Assembly (NCBI RefSeq): GCF_036321535.1
Contig: NC_087436.1
Coordinates: 93,002,001 to 93,066,000, forward strand
Reading direction: 5' to 3'
Length of the DNA: 64,000 nt
From: Camelus dromedarius
Lineage: Eukaryota
Below are positions 37,791 through 51,433 of this stretch, in pieces. How positions within the stretch are numbered: position 1 is the stretch's first letter; each line of letters starts with the position of its first letter. The notes beneath the pieces were generated by a model that had not been told where the DNA came from, did no database searches, and saw only the letters and a program-made list of their open reading frames with translations. The translations under genes were made by a program, and so were the position numbers.

Positions 37791-40700
37791 CTGGTTATAA
37801 GCAGCACACTTGTGTTCACTCATGTATTAGAGCATAAGAACTTCCTCCCGAAGGGCCCTCTTCCAAATAAGGGTCCAGGTGGGGCACAAAGCAGTATTTG
37901 TGCACAGTTTTGTGTGTGATTAAATATTCAAGTGCATTTTATTGCTGTGTGCATTCTAGACCACACCCTTCTGCCAGCTAATGCTCACCGAGTATTTACT
38001 TGTGCCAGGTATCTACTGGATCCTAGGAGTTGGAGCAGGAGAGGATTCTGTGGTGCTGTGGGAGTGGGTGAGATGTGGTGGAGTCTGATTTAGAGTCTCT
38101 ACTCATTGCTCATCACTTCTCTTTCAGGCAGCCTTCCTCAGAACCCAATTCACAGCAGCATAGCCAGAAGCAGTCATATGGGGTTGAGTCTGGAGTTACC
38201 CCCCAAATGACAGAGATGACATCATTAGGTCTTACCTCTTTGTGACTCTGTCCTAGGAGCAAAGGGTCAGTGCCTCTTCCCCAGCACAGTGTTTAAGATG
38301 CCGTCTCAGTTTGGTAAGGATTGCAGTAGGCTAATTCAGAGCTGCCAACACTTTCCAATCTGAGCCTGGGGACATCTATCGCAGGTTATAAATGGTTTGT
38401 ACTTAACCAAAGCCCAACAATATCCCAAGAAACTAATTCATAGGTCCAGAACCTGATGTGCTGCTCAACTGCAACACAGAATGAGTTATTTCATTTAGTC
38501 CTCACAGCAACCTTATGGGTTAGGAGTTATTACTCCCATTTTCCAGAAGTGTACACTCAGGCTCGGAGGGGGATGCAAAACTTGCATGGGATTGCTCAGG
38601 GAATAAGTGGTGGAAAGTTGGATTCAAAATCCCATGCACTTTATTCAGTGGTTCTGCTGCCTCCATTGATCCTGTTTGGAATGAAAAAATCACAGAAATG
38701 ACTTGCTTATTTGGGGAGCACATGACAGTCTTTGTCCCTCTCCCTTTGGCTATTTTAAACAAGGAAAATATGTATGAAAATACGCATGGCCTCCAGCCCC
38801 AACCACTGCTGGGAGCAGAAGCACATTCTGAGATCACTGGTTGTTACTGAACAAGAGCCCTGCAGGAGTTAAGCAACAGCCCTGAGGCTATTCAGACCTA
38901 GAGGAGCCAGGCCAGACCCCAGAGTGTCAGAATAATCCAGCCTTTTCCCTGCAGCACAATCATTTCCAACCACAGCCAGGGACTGCCGTGGCATTAGCAA
39001 GCCTGCAACATCAAAATGGCCAGATCAATTCGCAGAAGCACTTCTAAGAGAAACAAATCAATAAGTTCCTTCCCCTAAAGATTGATAACATCATCAGGAA
39101 GCAACAGATGCATTTTAGGGCACAGTACACCGTGCAGGGGAGGTGAGCTCCCTGCCGCTACACTTCTGTCTCTGGAAAAGCAATTGTAAGTCCGTGGCTG
39201 AACATCAGCGCCCGCGGCACCTGTCACAACAATAAAGGCTAACGTTCTCAATGCACTTGGCAGCTTTCAAGGTGCCATCACATACTTTGTCTCTTTTGAT
39301 TAAGACTCTACAAGGGGGATGTTATGGTCCCCATCTCACAGATGAGATTCAGTAGAACTAAACTGCCCAATTGGCTTAAAACCATGATTATTTATAACCA
39401 AGCTGGGATTTGAATCTACTGACTCGGAATCCCACGTTCTGCCTACTTGCCTAGTGTTCCTCAAACTTCATTCACTTTTTCCTGCCTTCACAATTCTTGA
39501 TACATCAGAGAACCTCGTGTGTAGTTTTTCTTTTTCTTTTCATTAACCTAGTTTTCTTTGCCTAAGTAAACTTATATTAAAAGGAAATTTCCTATCACTA
39601 TTGTAAGTGATAACATTATGATTTACTATAAGTATAAATCATAAAAAATTGCATAATCTTTAAAAGGAGAAAACCTTATCTGCCTGTGTCTTGCCTTCAC
39701 CAGTTGGACTTAGACCATGCTTTGTGAACACAATATTATACTGTAGCCTGTATAAGGAATAAGAATGGAGTAATTTTAAGTTTTGAGATCCTAAAACATG
39801 AACTCTATTTGAGTAGCTGTGTTATTTTTTACCAAAGTTCAAAGAACAAGTTTCACTTTATCTCTACAATGATAAAGGATTTAAGATTTTAGGTCAAATA
39901 AAAGGAGTTTTGTCTCCTCTCTTGCTTCCAGAGGCCTCACCCTTTGTCACTGGCCCAGGTGAATAGAGGTGTTAGAAAGGGTAAACCAAGGTGGGTTTCC
40001 TGAAACTTGAAGAATAGAGATGAAAAATTCCAAACAATACTGTCATTTAAACAAATAAAAACCAGATCAGTGTTCTGTGCATACAAAATAGAAATTAACT
40101 CAGCTTCTAATTAAAATACCATGAGAAGAAACAAGGATTAAATAGAAAAGTGTCTAATCTAACTTCACCCCTGAGATTAACCTATCATTTAAATTTGTTT
40201 AAGACCCATTTAAATCCTATTGTCAGTCTTGACTCCTAAGTGCTCTCCTCCCCTGCTTCTGTCCTCAGAAATGAATCGATTTCCTCCCCTCCCATTACCT
40301 GGACCTGCCTTTAATTAGCATCTTTGCTGAAGTGGTCTGAGCTCAGTACTCTCTCCTCCCCCCATCGATGAACTGTGCTACCATAATGGCCTCTTCATTC
40401 ATCACCTTCTTCCAGGCTCATCCCCTCCAATTCATTCTCTACAAGTTCCTGCTTCATCTCTCCAAAGTACAGATCTCCATTACTCTCATGGCACTGAACA
40501 TTTTTAATGGCTCCCTGTTGCTATAGAATCAAGTCTAAATTCCTGAATCTCACAAGGCCCTTCATGAGACAATGCTTACATACCGCCTTTTTTCCTAACC
40601 TTCCAACTTTTACCCCCTCAGAGCATCGCATTTCAAGGGATGTGTTTGATTCGTAACAATAGGACTTAACACTTGATCACATCCTTCCCTTATGGTTTCT

Positions 40701-41562
40701 TGCTACCACCTTAAACTTCTCTAACACAGAGTCCAGAAGACAGTCAACAAACACTTGCTGATGGATCTGCAGAGAACTGGGGTATTTTGCACCTCTGGGC
40801 CAGGTGTTTTATGTGAGCAATGCTAAAGAAATGCAGAGAAATTGTTTGCCATTTCATGAATTATGCATCAATTTCTACTTCTTTTCCCAGAGGTAATTCT
40901 TTAAAAACAAAGTTTATGCATCGATTCCTTCCTTTTAGTAAGTGAAAATGTTGACTGAATTTTGGTTCTTGGTGAGAAACGGAAGACTTTAGAAATTCAA
41001 ATGTACGTTTAGGAAAGTATACATTTTCATCTATTAGCTGATGATAACTGAAGTGGAAGGCTCTTCTTAAAGCAATTACCAATTTGAGGAGAAGTGTAAA
41101 CTCCAGCATAATTCACGCGCTGGTTCATTTTTCTTTTTTCCAACGTTAGTTTGGGTTTGGTATGAAATCAGCCCACAAGTACCTTACGTTCATTCTACTT
41201 TATGCTGCCTTCGCCTTACAAAGTCAGTGGATTCATTACAACTCCAGTCTTCTACTCAACAGATACTTACTGAGTGTCTCCTCTGAGCCAGACACATTCT
41301 CAAAGGTGGGATCATTGGACACATATGATCGGTATATCCAATATCACAGATCTTTGTTTTAATCCAGAGGCAATCTGAAATGTTTAGGTACATGGTTTTG
41401 CAAGTTATGTTATAGAAATGATGACAATAGGCATGGGAAATTCTGTAAATCTGTCACCTCCTTTTGTTCCTCTGACCATGAACAGCAATTCTCCACATCT
41501 GTATCCAGCTTCACATGAATAATTTCACCACCAAGAAATCTTGCAGAATCCCTGCTTTTCAT

Positions 41563-42357
41563 TTTTTAAAATTGAAGTATAGCTAATTTACAACGTTGTG
41601 TTAGTTTCTGGTGTACAGCATAGTGATTCAGTCATACATACATACATAGTCTATTTCATTATATGTTATTGCGAGTTATTGAATATAGTTCCCTGTACTA
41701 TGCGGTAGTCCTTGTTGTTTATCTGTTCTATATATAGTAGTTTGTATCTGGAAATCTCAAACTCCCAGTTTATCCCTCCCTATCCTTTTCCCCTTTGGTA
41801 ACCATAAGTTTGCTTTCTATGTCTGTGAGTCTCTTTTTGTTTTATAAATAAGTTCATTTGTATAATTTTTTAGATCCCACATGTAAGTGATAACATGTGA
41901 TATTTGTCCTTCTCTTTCTGATTTACTTCACTTAGTATGATAATTTCTAGGTCCATCCATGTTGCTGCAAATGGCATTATTTCATTCTTTTTTATGGCTG
42001 AGTAATATTCCATTTTGTTTGTTTGTGTGTGTGTGTATGTGTACACAGACACCCCACACAGGTCAGAATGGTCATCATTTAAAAGTCCACAAACAGTAAA
42101 TGCTAGAGGGGTGTGGAGAAAAGAGAACCCTCCCACAATGTTGATGGGAATGTAATCTGGTGTAGCCACTATGGAAAACAGCATGGAGATTCCTTAAAAC
42201 ACTAAAAATAGATTTACCATATGATCCAGCAAACCCATTCCTGGGCATATACCTGGGAAAAAACTCTAATACATGCACCCCAATGTTCAAAGCAGCACTA
42301 TTTACAATAGCTAAGACATGGAAGCAACCTAAATGTCCATTGACAGATGACTAGATA
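41563..42357 (-). mobile_element. LINE-1 with a 5' inversion
   Basis: Minus-strand 3' end (41563-~42050) joined to a plus-strand ORF2 segment (~42051-42357). TSD AATCCCTGC(T/A)TTTCAT at 41547-41562 and 42358-42373. Confidence 0.9.
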
Positions 42358-45172
42358 AATCCCTGCATTTCATGTTGAAAAGTGGTGACCTATGTATTAA
42401 GTGACCCGATTGTGGTCCCACTACAAATTCCTGTGCAAGTGTGAATATGGGTTAGTGGGATGGGCAGGAGTAGGAGGGTGAAGATAGAGAACAAGAGAAG
42501 GGGATGAAAGCAAAAGAAACGTAGACTTACTTTCATTGAGTGCCTACTGCATGCCAGGCTCCCCATATACCCCTTTTCATTTGACCCTCATAGCACTTTG
42601 TGCTAAATATTATCTATCATTTTACAGCTGTAGATACTGGTTGTACAGATTGTAATCAGGGAACCAGTCTACAAACCTATTCTTTCCATTGTTCAAGCTA
42701 GTATCAAGGCCTTCTGGTCCCATGTCCAGTGTTCTTTCCACCCCAATCCACCTGTAACCAGCTGGAAGAAGGATTTGGTAGTCTGAAGATGCCCTTGGGT
42801 GGGCTCTATCTATTAGATGAATTCTGGCTTTCCCACATTTCTTAAAGTTTTGTTTGCATTGTTTTGGACAAAAATCTTGAGCCTCTCTTCCTTATGAGCT
42901 CAGGCTTTTTCCTGACTAGCAAAATAAACATCACCCACAGGGGTCATATTCACTGATGTTACGGGTCATGGAAATCTGATTCAACCTTAGGTTGTCTGTA
43001 TCTAAAGCAAGATTTCAAAAGGAAAACAAAGATGAGGTTCAGTAACCTCTGTCCATTGCACTTCTGCCTTTATTTTGGAGTGGCTTCAGTGGCTGAGGAA
43101 GGCCACTGGGTGTTAGACTTCTGGCCAGGGGTGATATTCTAACCATCAACAATCTGCACCAATTAAATGGGTCATCCAGCAGAGAGGTTCTGTTCTTTTG
43201 GGTCCTTCTCTGTGCCAGACATTAATCCTTCAGCTGCTGGATCATGGAAGAAGTCTGAAGGTCCCAGGAGAGAAGATGGAACAGCAGTTTAGCAAGCCAA
43301 AGGGAAAGAGATGTGCTGTGGGCAGCTAGACTGTCTGCAGGCTCTCAAGTCATCTGGGGCCGTGAAGCAGAGGCCTTCACCTGCAACCTCTGTTCCATCT
43401 CTAGATGCCCTCTGAGGTAGCTGGGAGCAGGGTAGTTATGGATGTCAGAAGTTTGTTTTAATGAGCTCTTTCCCAGGTCTTGGACTTCCCGCACTGGTCC
43501 TCCCTCCACCCCACTGCAGCAAGACATGGGTAGGTCATCCAGTACGTAATTCACCACTAAATAACAATTGCCACCAATACCGCCACACTTCAGGGAAGGA
43601 CAGTTTGCAACTAATTACTTCTCATGAAAATACCCAAACATAATTTTGTTCATTATTAAAATTTTCCAATAATAGATTTATCTTCCCCATTAAGTAATAC
43701 ATAATTCTCCTACAAAACACACAGTGAACTAGAATTACTAGGCACTGCTTATATTAAATTGTTGCTTAATAAATTAAAACTCCTATGGTTATGAATAAAC
43801 TAGGTCATCTGCACATTTTGTAAATTAGTAGTTTCTTGTAGTTATTCTCTCCTGGTCAAAGCCTAAAAGAGGGGGAGAGGAAAAATGATTATCATTATTA
43901 TTGTATTGTTTTCAAGCAAACTACTGCTCTCTGCACTGTAGTTTAAAATAAACCACTCACTCCAAGACAGTAGAATCAATATTGTTGAGTATCCATCAAT
44001 AAGGATGAACTTTAAAGACTATGTTCTATAAACTTTTAAAATCACATTAGAAACTATATCTACCAGGTACATAAAACCTCAGTGAATAACCAACCTCAGG
44101 CAGTATTTGAAGGTTCTTGATGCAACAGGCATTGTCCAAAGTGATTTTAATTATTGGGCAAAGTGTTTTTCCCTGTTACAAATTTTGGGTGGGTTGAGAG
44201 GATTTTCTTTGTGAGTTTAGGGTAAATCAACTCCTTCTCTGACATCTTTTTGATTTGAGATGATTAACAGAGATTTCCCACAGTCATATCCAAAATGGTT
44301 GGCACTATTAAAGACTCAGTTACAAGGACTTCTCAAGTTTTAAAATCCTCACTGACAGAATTGTATCATGCAAATAGATTGCTGCACTCTGTGTTTTTTG
44401 TTTTTGTTTTCAAATTTCCCTACCCACTCAAAGGTTCATGAGGGACAGCAACCAAGCCATGCTAACACAATTGCTCCCCTTCAGGCAAAACTATGGCATT
44501 GCTTGAAACCATGTATCACCTAACCGTGTTTCTTGAAGAGGGAACGTATTGGGTCTGCACTGCTCCCTGACCCTTGTTTTTCAACAGCTATGGCTCAGTT
44601 ATTTTTTATGAGCTAATTTCCCTCCTCGGGTCTACACACGGGTATTCTTTAAGCACATTCCTCTCTATTGTCTCTAAAATTATTGTCAGTTACCTCAGGA
44701 ATCTCTTTTCTTTCCTGACAGATTCCCACCTGCCCTTACAGGTAACTCCCCCCACCACCCCCTTTTTCTCACCTCGTGGCAAAAAACAAAACCAAAAAAC
44801 TTGATCCTGTCTAGTATAAGTAAGAATAGTGCTGATAGTAATAAGGAAAACAGAAGTCAAACACTGGAACCATAGATAACAAGCAACCCGTGTCCCCAGT
44901 GTACCAAGTTTCCTTCAGAACCTCTACAATAATTCCTAGGCTTATCTGTGTCTAATTAAGCTATTTAGGGTTATACTCATGTCGTGTTTAATATTTTTGC
45001 TGTTGAATCATTCATTTTAAAATGAATAATTTCTTCTCTATTTAGTACCAAGGATATGGCTGTTCAGCTACATTCAATAGGTTAACATTATTTCTATGTG
45101 TGCTGTAAGTTATGAAGAACTAACTTTTTTGTCATTCTGGAAGTTAAAGACAACTTGTATTGAAAATTTTGT

Positions 45173-45482
45173 TTTCTTTCTTTCTTTCTTTCTTTCTTTC
45201 TTTCCTTATTTCTTTTGAGACACAATTGACATACAACATTGTATAAGTTTAAGGTGTATCACACACTGATTTGGTACATTTGTATATTATCATATGATTA
45301 CCATCAGAGTGTTAGCTGACACCTCTTAAACATGTCACATAATTGTCATTTGTCTCTTGTGGTGGGGACAAATAAGAACTAGTCTCTTAGCAACTCTGAA
45401 GTTCATAACACAGTATTGTTGGCTATGATCGCTGTGCTGTGCGTTAGATCTCCAGGACTTATTTACCTACTGGTTGCAAGTG
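45173..45482 (-). mobile_element. L1 3' end with a (TTTC)n tail
   Basis: (TTTC)n at 45173-45204; GACATACAACATTGTATAAGTTTAAGGTGTA..TTAGATCTCCAGGACTTATT. Confidence 0.8.
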
Positions 45483-46297
45483 TAGTTTGTCTTTTAAAGC
45501 TACTTCCTCACAATTCTCTTGCCTTCAACTACCATGGTTAAATATCTTTATTTAAAAAAATTAAATGCTTAAGCAATTACTAAAGTAGTAATTATTCACA
45601 AGAGGAAAACAAAACCATAGCAAAATAGGTAAAATAAAAAATGAAAAGTCTGATCTCTTGTACCCTTCTCCATCCCACATCAGACATAGTCAAGAGTTTG
45701 AAGTATTCCCTTTAGGAATTTTTTTTTCTATGCAGTCACAAGCATATATGTCTTTTTTTGGAGAGAGAGGATCTATCTGTCATTTATTATCTATCTATCC
45801 ATCAACTATCATCTATCTATCTATCTATCTAATGAGGTAACTTTTTTCCTACTCATGATGGCCATCTTTTGGTATATAGATACCATAAAAAATTTTGAAA
45901 TCTTTCCTTCATGTTAATTACTTAAGCAATTATTTCTGGTAAAAAAAAAAAAAAAGGATACATATGATGCCGGTCCCTCTGAGATCAGAAAGTGGGAGGC
46001 TGGATGGAAGGAAAGTTCACTTACCTGTCAGGCAAGAATTCACTTGTCTAGAGCAGAAGAAAGAAACAGAAGAAATTACTTTTCATCATGGTTCAAAGAT
46101 TACTGTGAATTTGGAAGGTAGGTTTCACTAAACTTCAAAAGAATAACATCTTCTTTTAAAAATACTTTTTTAAAGAACATTGTCGACTATGATTATAAAA
46201 TAAGTCATAAATGCACATTTTCATGTGTACTGTGGCTCATCCTTTTGAATCCTCTGAATATATTTTCATATTTTGCAAACCCACACACTTGTACGTC

Positions 46298-46693
46298 TGG
46301 TAAGGGAAGACCAAAGCAGAGGTCACAGTTTGAGCATATCTGCAAACCAACCACGCATAGCCACATAACCAGAACTTAAAGTGTCCTGATTTCCCCCAAA
46401 TACTGACTCTGACCTTAAACAAAACTTACGCTTTCTCCCTGTCATTGTGATCTTGCAGCTTCCTAGCCAATCAGCCCCAACAACAGTGCTACCCCTTCAT
46501 GAGGAAGGGAAGTTTCTAGTAACCAATCACAATTTTTTAAAAATGCACTTCCTCACTTACGTTTATAAACTGAGCTGTCACTGCTGAGCCAGCTTCTTGC
46601 CAATTTCAGTTTTGAAATCTCCCTGTCCACAGTTTGCTTCTTGCACAATAAAATATTCACATCAAGTAGAGCTCTCTGAATTTTATTTTGACA
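46298..46693 (+). mobile_element. Putative solo ERV LTR (~396 bp)
   Basis: TG...CA termini, two CCAATCA boxes (~46467, ~46523), TTTATAAA (~46562), AATAAA (~46647), near-matching 4-bp flanks CGTC/CCTC. Confidence 0.6.
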
Positions 46694-46856
46694 CCTCTTT
46701 ACATTACATGTTATCTCATTCATGGGCCTGGAAACAATTGAGACGATACATAACTAAAGGTATCCATACAGTATTTTTTATTCATAAATGACAAAAGACA
46801 AATGCATTTTTCTTTTCTTTTTTTTTTTAGGCCGCATTGGAAGCCAAGCAAATACA

Positions 46857-47456
46857 ATGTTAAAGACAAACTATACAGCCGTGACTGAGTTTATGCTCCT
46901 GGGACTGACAGAGGGAGCCGAGTTGTGGCTTGTCCTTTTTGTTGTATTCCTAGTCATCTACCTTATCACAGGAACTGACAAGGTAAGCATGATTTTGTTA
47001 ATCAGAGGTGACTCAAAACTCCCAACATACTGCTTCCTCAGTTGCCCCACCTTTGAAGATTTCTGTTACGGCACTAATGTCACTCTTAAGATCTTGGTTC
47101 ATTTCTTACCCTAGAGAAAAACCATATCCCTCATTGGTTGCTTTTTTACAATTCCACATTTTCATTGCACCGGTAATCACAAATTATCACATGCCTGCAG
47201 TGGTAGATTATCACCACCACTCAGCCACCTGCAAGCCCTTGTTATATAGCAACAAAATGTGCGGATGTGTCTGCCGCTCTCTGGTTGCTGCTTCTTATGC
47301 ATATGGCTTGGCAAGGGATCTACACAGAGCATCCTGATGCTTCACCTGTTTTTCTGTGGACCCAGTGAACCCAACCACTTTTACTGTGCAGACCAGCCCC
47401 TCCTAGTCCCCGCCTGCTCAGAGACCGATGTCAAAGAAATTGCCGTGTTTATGGAA
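46857..47456 (+). pseudogene. Olfactory receptor pseudogene fragment, family 5 (OR5M-like), TM1 to the start of TM5
   Basis: MLKTNYTAVTEFMLLGLT..LFVVFLVIYLIT..CKPLLYSNKM..FCGPSEPNHFYCADQPLLVPACSETDVKE. LHTPMY and MAYDRY motifs are degraded, with a stop at 47112-47114, frameshifts and a missing 3' third. Confidence 0.92.
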
Positions 47457-48819
47457 CCATACTGTCTTTTGGAGCTTGAATGTATTGTACAGAGAATTAA
47501 ACAAAAATGTTGAAATTATAAGCTTTTAACTCAACTTTCTTCCTTGGAGATGTGTAGCAAAGGCAGCAGAAGGCATTATATTGTTAGTGGCAATAATTCT
47601 TAGTTGCAACTATGAAGAATTTGTCCTGTGAAAAGTTTCCCCGCATCGTGCACTTCTGTTTCTTGGGCCTTATTATTTTTCTAACTTAGATTGATTTTTG
47701 CCAAAGGGAGAGCAGAACTGTCATCTGAATACTTCTTTACTCTCCACATTAATGTTTTCAAAATAATTGATCCTTTCCCATCATTAGGGGAAATGGTGCC
47801 TACAAGGCAACGTGATGTTTACCCACCATTCTAAAATACTTCCTCAGGCTGGTTTTCTCCAGGCCTCTTTCCTTTTCATTTACTGAGGACTGAAATTCTT
47901 CCTTCCTGGTGAAGGGAGTGGTCTCGCCTCTAATCAGTACTGACTGATCATTTCTTCCTGTTGGAAGTAAAATATTCTTTCTTGTTTATCACTACTTTAC
48001 CTTGTATTAGCTTTATATTCTTGGTTAGTTAAGTCATAAAGAGGAAAGCTGGTTTGAAAAGGAGCTTTTTTGGGCAGTGGATATCCAATATTCCCAGGAA
48101 CACCCTCTCAAAAACTTGTTAAGGGGGGTTTCATGGAACCTTTAGTCCCTCTTACTTGGCCTCTTCCTTGTGAATAAATTGCCCCTGAATGCTGGAAAAT
48201 TGCTCCTTATTGGCCACTTTCTCCAATAATTAGTGTATTTAAAAAAAATAATACCACAGTCTTGCAATGCCAAGCAGCCAGTGAATGTTCAAGGGAAATA
48301 ATCATCTTGTAATTCAGACTGGTAGGAAACAGTCATTTCTAATTACATGTTATAAGAGAAGACAATGCAATTAAAGGTTCTGGCTTAGACTAGAGCCCCC
48401 ACACACAGTCACTGTCTCTGCTGATTCATAGTTTTGACTGTCTGAAAAGGCAAAGTCAGACAGATGGACCATACACTCATCCAAATTGGCTTTTACCATG
48501 TTGGAAGACACCTGACAGATGCTTCACTTTTTTTTTTTTGGTGAGTGTTATTTATAGACCTGGAAGGCTAGTTATTAAAAGTCAAGGTCCTTAGGTCTAG
48601 AAGAATTGTTAGGGACTATTTTGGAGTGAGTTTAGACACCCTTAAACATGCAGTAGGTCCTTAAGCATCTCAATAAACATTTTTTTGAAGTCCCATCATG
48701 GTGAGCAGCTCAGGATACAAAGATGATCGTGTTATTCTATCCTAGGCGCTTTTCAGTCCTCACCCTGCTTGATCTTTGTAGCAAAGATAATGTTACGTAT
48801 TCACTAGGTTCTATTTTAT

Positions 48820-49135
48820 TTTCTTCTTCCTGGGTGTACAGGAGGACTCCATTTTCCAATCTCCCCTGTAATTTGTTTGAAACCTACTTCTGGCCAAAAC
48901 TTCTACAGAAAAGTGATGTGTGTCACTTCATGCTCTCGCTCACTCTGCTGTGAGGACTCAGCCTAAGATGGCAGAGACTCAGGGGGGAATTAGCCTGGAC
49001 CCTTGGGTCACCCTTCAGGGAGAGCTTCCTTAGAGTTGTGCAGCCGACTGCATGTGAGGTGGAAATGAACTTGTGGTATAAACCACCGTGGTTTGGGGGA
49101 CTAGTTGTTACTGCAGCAATTCTTATTCTCATCAC
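48820..49135 (+). mobile_element. Ancient MaLR (MLT1-type) LTR
   Basis: TTCTGGCCAA..AAGTGATGTGTGTCACTTC..TTGTTACTGCAGCA. Confidence 0.6.
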
Positions 49136-49535
49136 CTAGCTTGTTCTAACTGGCAGCCTCTTTGGAGGCATCTGACTCTACCAGACTTCCTTGGATGAGG
49201 CAACTCAAAGCACTCGATTTTCCTGCTACTCTTTGACTTTATCTTCTCTCTCTGCCTTTAAGGTTCTTCTTCTCAGTCTTTAAATATTGGAGTTTCTTAG
49301 TTTTCTAACCCAGGTTCTCTTCTCCTATCATTGTAGTCAGCCTTCCTGTCTCAACTACCATATGATGAGGACTCTCTAGCCCAGTCTTCCCTCCTAAGTT
49401 ATAGACCCCTAACTACCTATTGGATATCTTATATGCATCTCAAGCTCCTGCTATCCAAAATTCAACGTAAAAGCTCTCCTCCCTTCAAACCTGTTCCTCC
49501 TCCAGTTTTCCTATCCGCAGTGAATGGTATCACCC

Positions 49536-50064
49536 TGTGTTTTAGCTGTTCTCCAAAGTTGGCCCCAAAGAATCAGACATCCCCATAGTCATACTCATGT
49601 TTAGACCCTCCCACATTGAGTCTGCCCAGCTCTGTGACCTACTTTAACCAACTGAATGTGGCAGAAGTGAGACATGGCCCTGGAAGCTTCCACCTTAGCA
49701 TATCTAGGAGCTTTGAGCTACTACCTAAGATGTCCGGCTCCTCCCCTGGAGAGTCTTCATGGAAGCAGTGAGGCACTGAGTTCACATGGAAAGGAGAGAG
49801 AGGCCCGACTGTCCCAACACCCCTGCTGAGCCAGTCTCCCAGCCGACTGCACCAAGGCCTCAGACAGGTGATTGAAGCCATCGTGGTTGTTCTAGCCCAA
49901 GCTGCCATCTGACTGCAAACACATGAGAGGGCATGAGCCAAGTCAGCAGAAGAACCACCTGGCTGAGCACCATCAACTGACAGAATCATGAGAAATAACA
50001 AGTTATTTGTTCAGCCACTAAATGTGGAGTGGTTTGTTAGACAGCAGTGTAGGTAACTGCAACA
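49536..50064 (+). mobile_element. MaLR (MLT1H-like) solo LTR nested in a long L2 relic (~49150-51100)
   Basis: TG..AACA ends; GAATGTGGCAGAAGTGA and CAGAATCATGAGAAATAA..AGCCACTAA..GGTTTGTTA motifs. Confidence 0.7.
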
Positions 50065-50570
50065 CCATCTTCCCAGACACCAGAGATCATCTTTCACTTC
50101 TCTCCTCATCCTCCACTTCTCGTTCTTAGCCTCTTTAATTGTACCTCTTAAGTATTTTTTTCCCATATGCCATGTTCCAGTTCAGATGACCATCATCCCT
50201 TTCACTATTATTAGATTCCTCCTGGATCAAGAAGGATTATCTAAAATGCAAGAAGGGTTATGATCTTTGCCAGCTACCTAAAACCCTCCCATGGATACCT
50301 GTTGTTTTTAATATAAAATCCACCCACCTCAACATTGCTTCCCAATTTCGGCAGGCTCTGGTCCTTGCCTATTTTCTAGCCTTATCTTATACAACTATCC
50401 ACTTGAATCATCTTCGATTTGTTTCAACTTCTCCAGGGTGTCATTTTTCCCTCTTGACTCCTTGCTTTTTTATTTATTCTTTTTTCTACCTAAAATACTT
50501 TCTCCTGTGGTCATCCTTTACAATTCATATGCTCCCATACAATTCATTAATCTTTCATTCATCAAATTTT

Positions 50571-50897
50571 AATTTTTTGTATATATATATTTATTGAAGT
50601 ATAGTCAGTTTGCAATGTTGTGTCAATTTCTGGTGTACAGCACAATGATTCAGTCATACATGAACATATATATATATTCATTTTCATATTCTTTTTCATC
50701 ATAAGTTACTACAAGATATTGAATATAGTTCTTTGTGCTATACAATATGAACTTGTCATTTATCTATTTTATACATATTAGTTAGTATCTGCAAATCTGC
50801 AAATCCCAATTTATCCCTTCCTACTCCCTGCCCACCCTGGTAACCATAAGTTTGTTTTCTGTGTCTATGGGTTTTTTTCTGTTTTGTAAATAAGTTC
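50571..50897 (-). mobile_element. Young L1 3' end
   Basis: TTGAAGTATAGTCAGTTTGCAATGTTG..; exact TSD CATCAAATTTT at 50560-50570 and 50898-50908. Confidence 0.9.
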
Positions 50898-51433
50898 CAT
50901 CAAATTTTTAGTGCTCTTATACTATGTGTTATACACTGTCACCCTTCCCGTATAATAACCTTATCATACTGTTCTGTTATTATTAATCTAGCTCTGCCAC
51001 TAGCCTGTAGACTTTTCAGGAGAAGAACCATGTTTATCTCATTTCACTTTGTATCCCCAGTGTTTAGCACATAATACATACTCAATACATAAGTAGCAGG
51101 TGGATGAAACTAAACTTATTCTTGATAGACGGTATAACTAGTGGAAGAAATCATTATTCACTAGGTACTCAGTTCCAATAAACATACCACTTAATATTTC
51201 AGTCAATATTTGGTAAGAGAAAAAAGTTCACGGTTTATTGGAGACAAAGTACAATTTTCAATGACAAATTAGGACCAAAACTCAAGTCCATTTTGGTTTT
51301 CTGAAATCATAGTTATCCACTAATTGGAGGGCGGTAGTGGAACTCATTTAGCATTAAGCCAGCAGCTTTGATTCTGAGCAGTTGTAAACATAAGGCTAGA
51401 TAGGAAAGCTAACCCCCCAAATTCACTACATTG

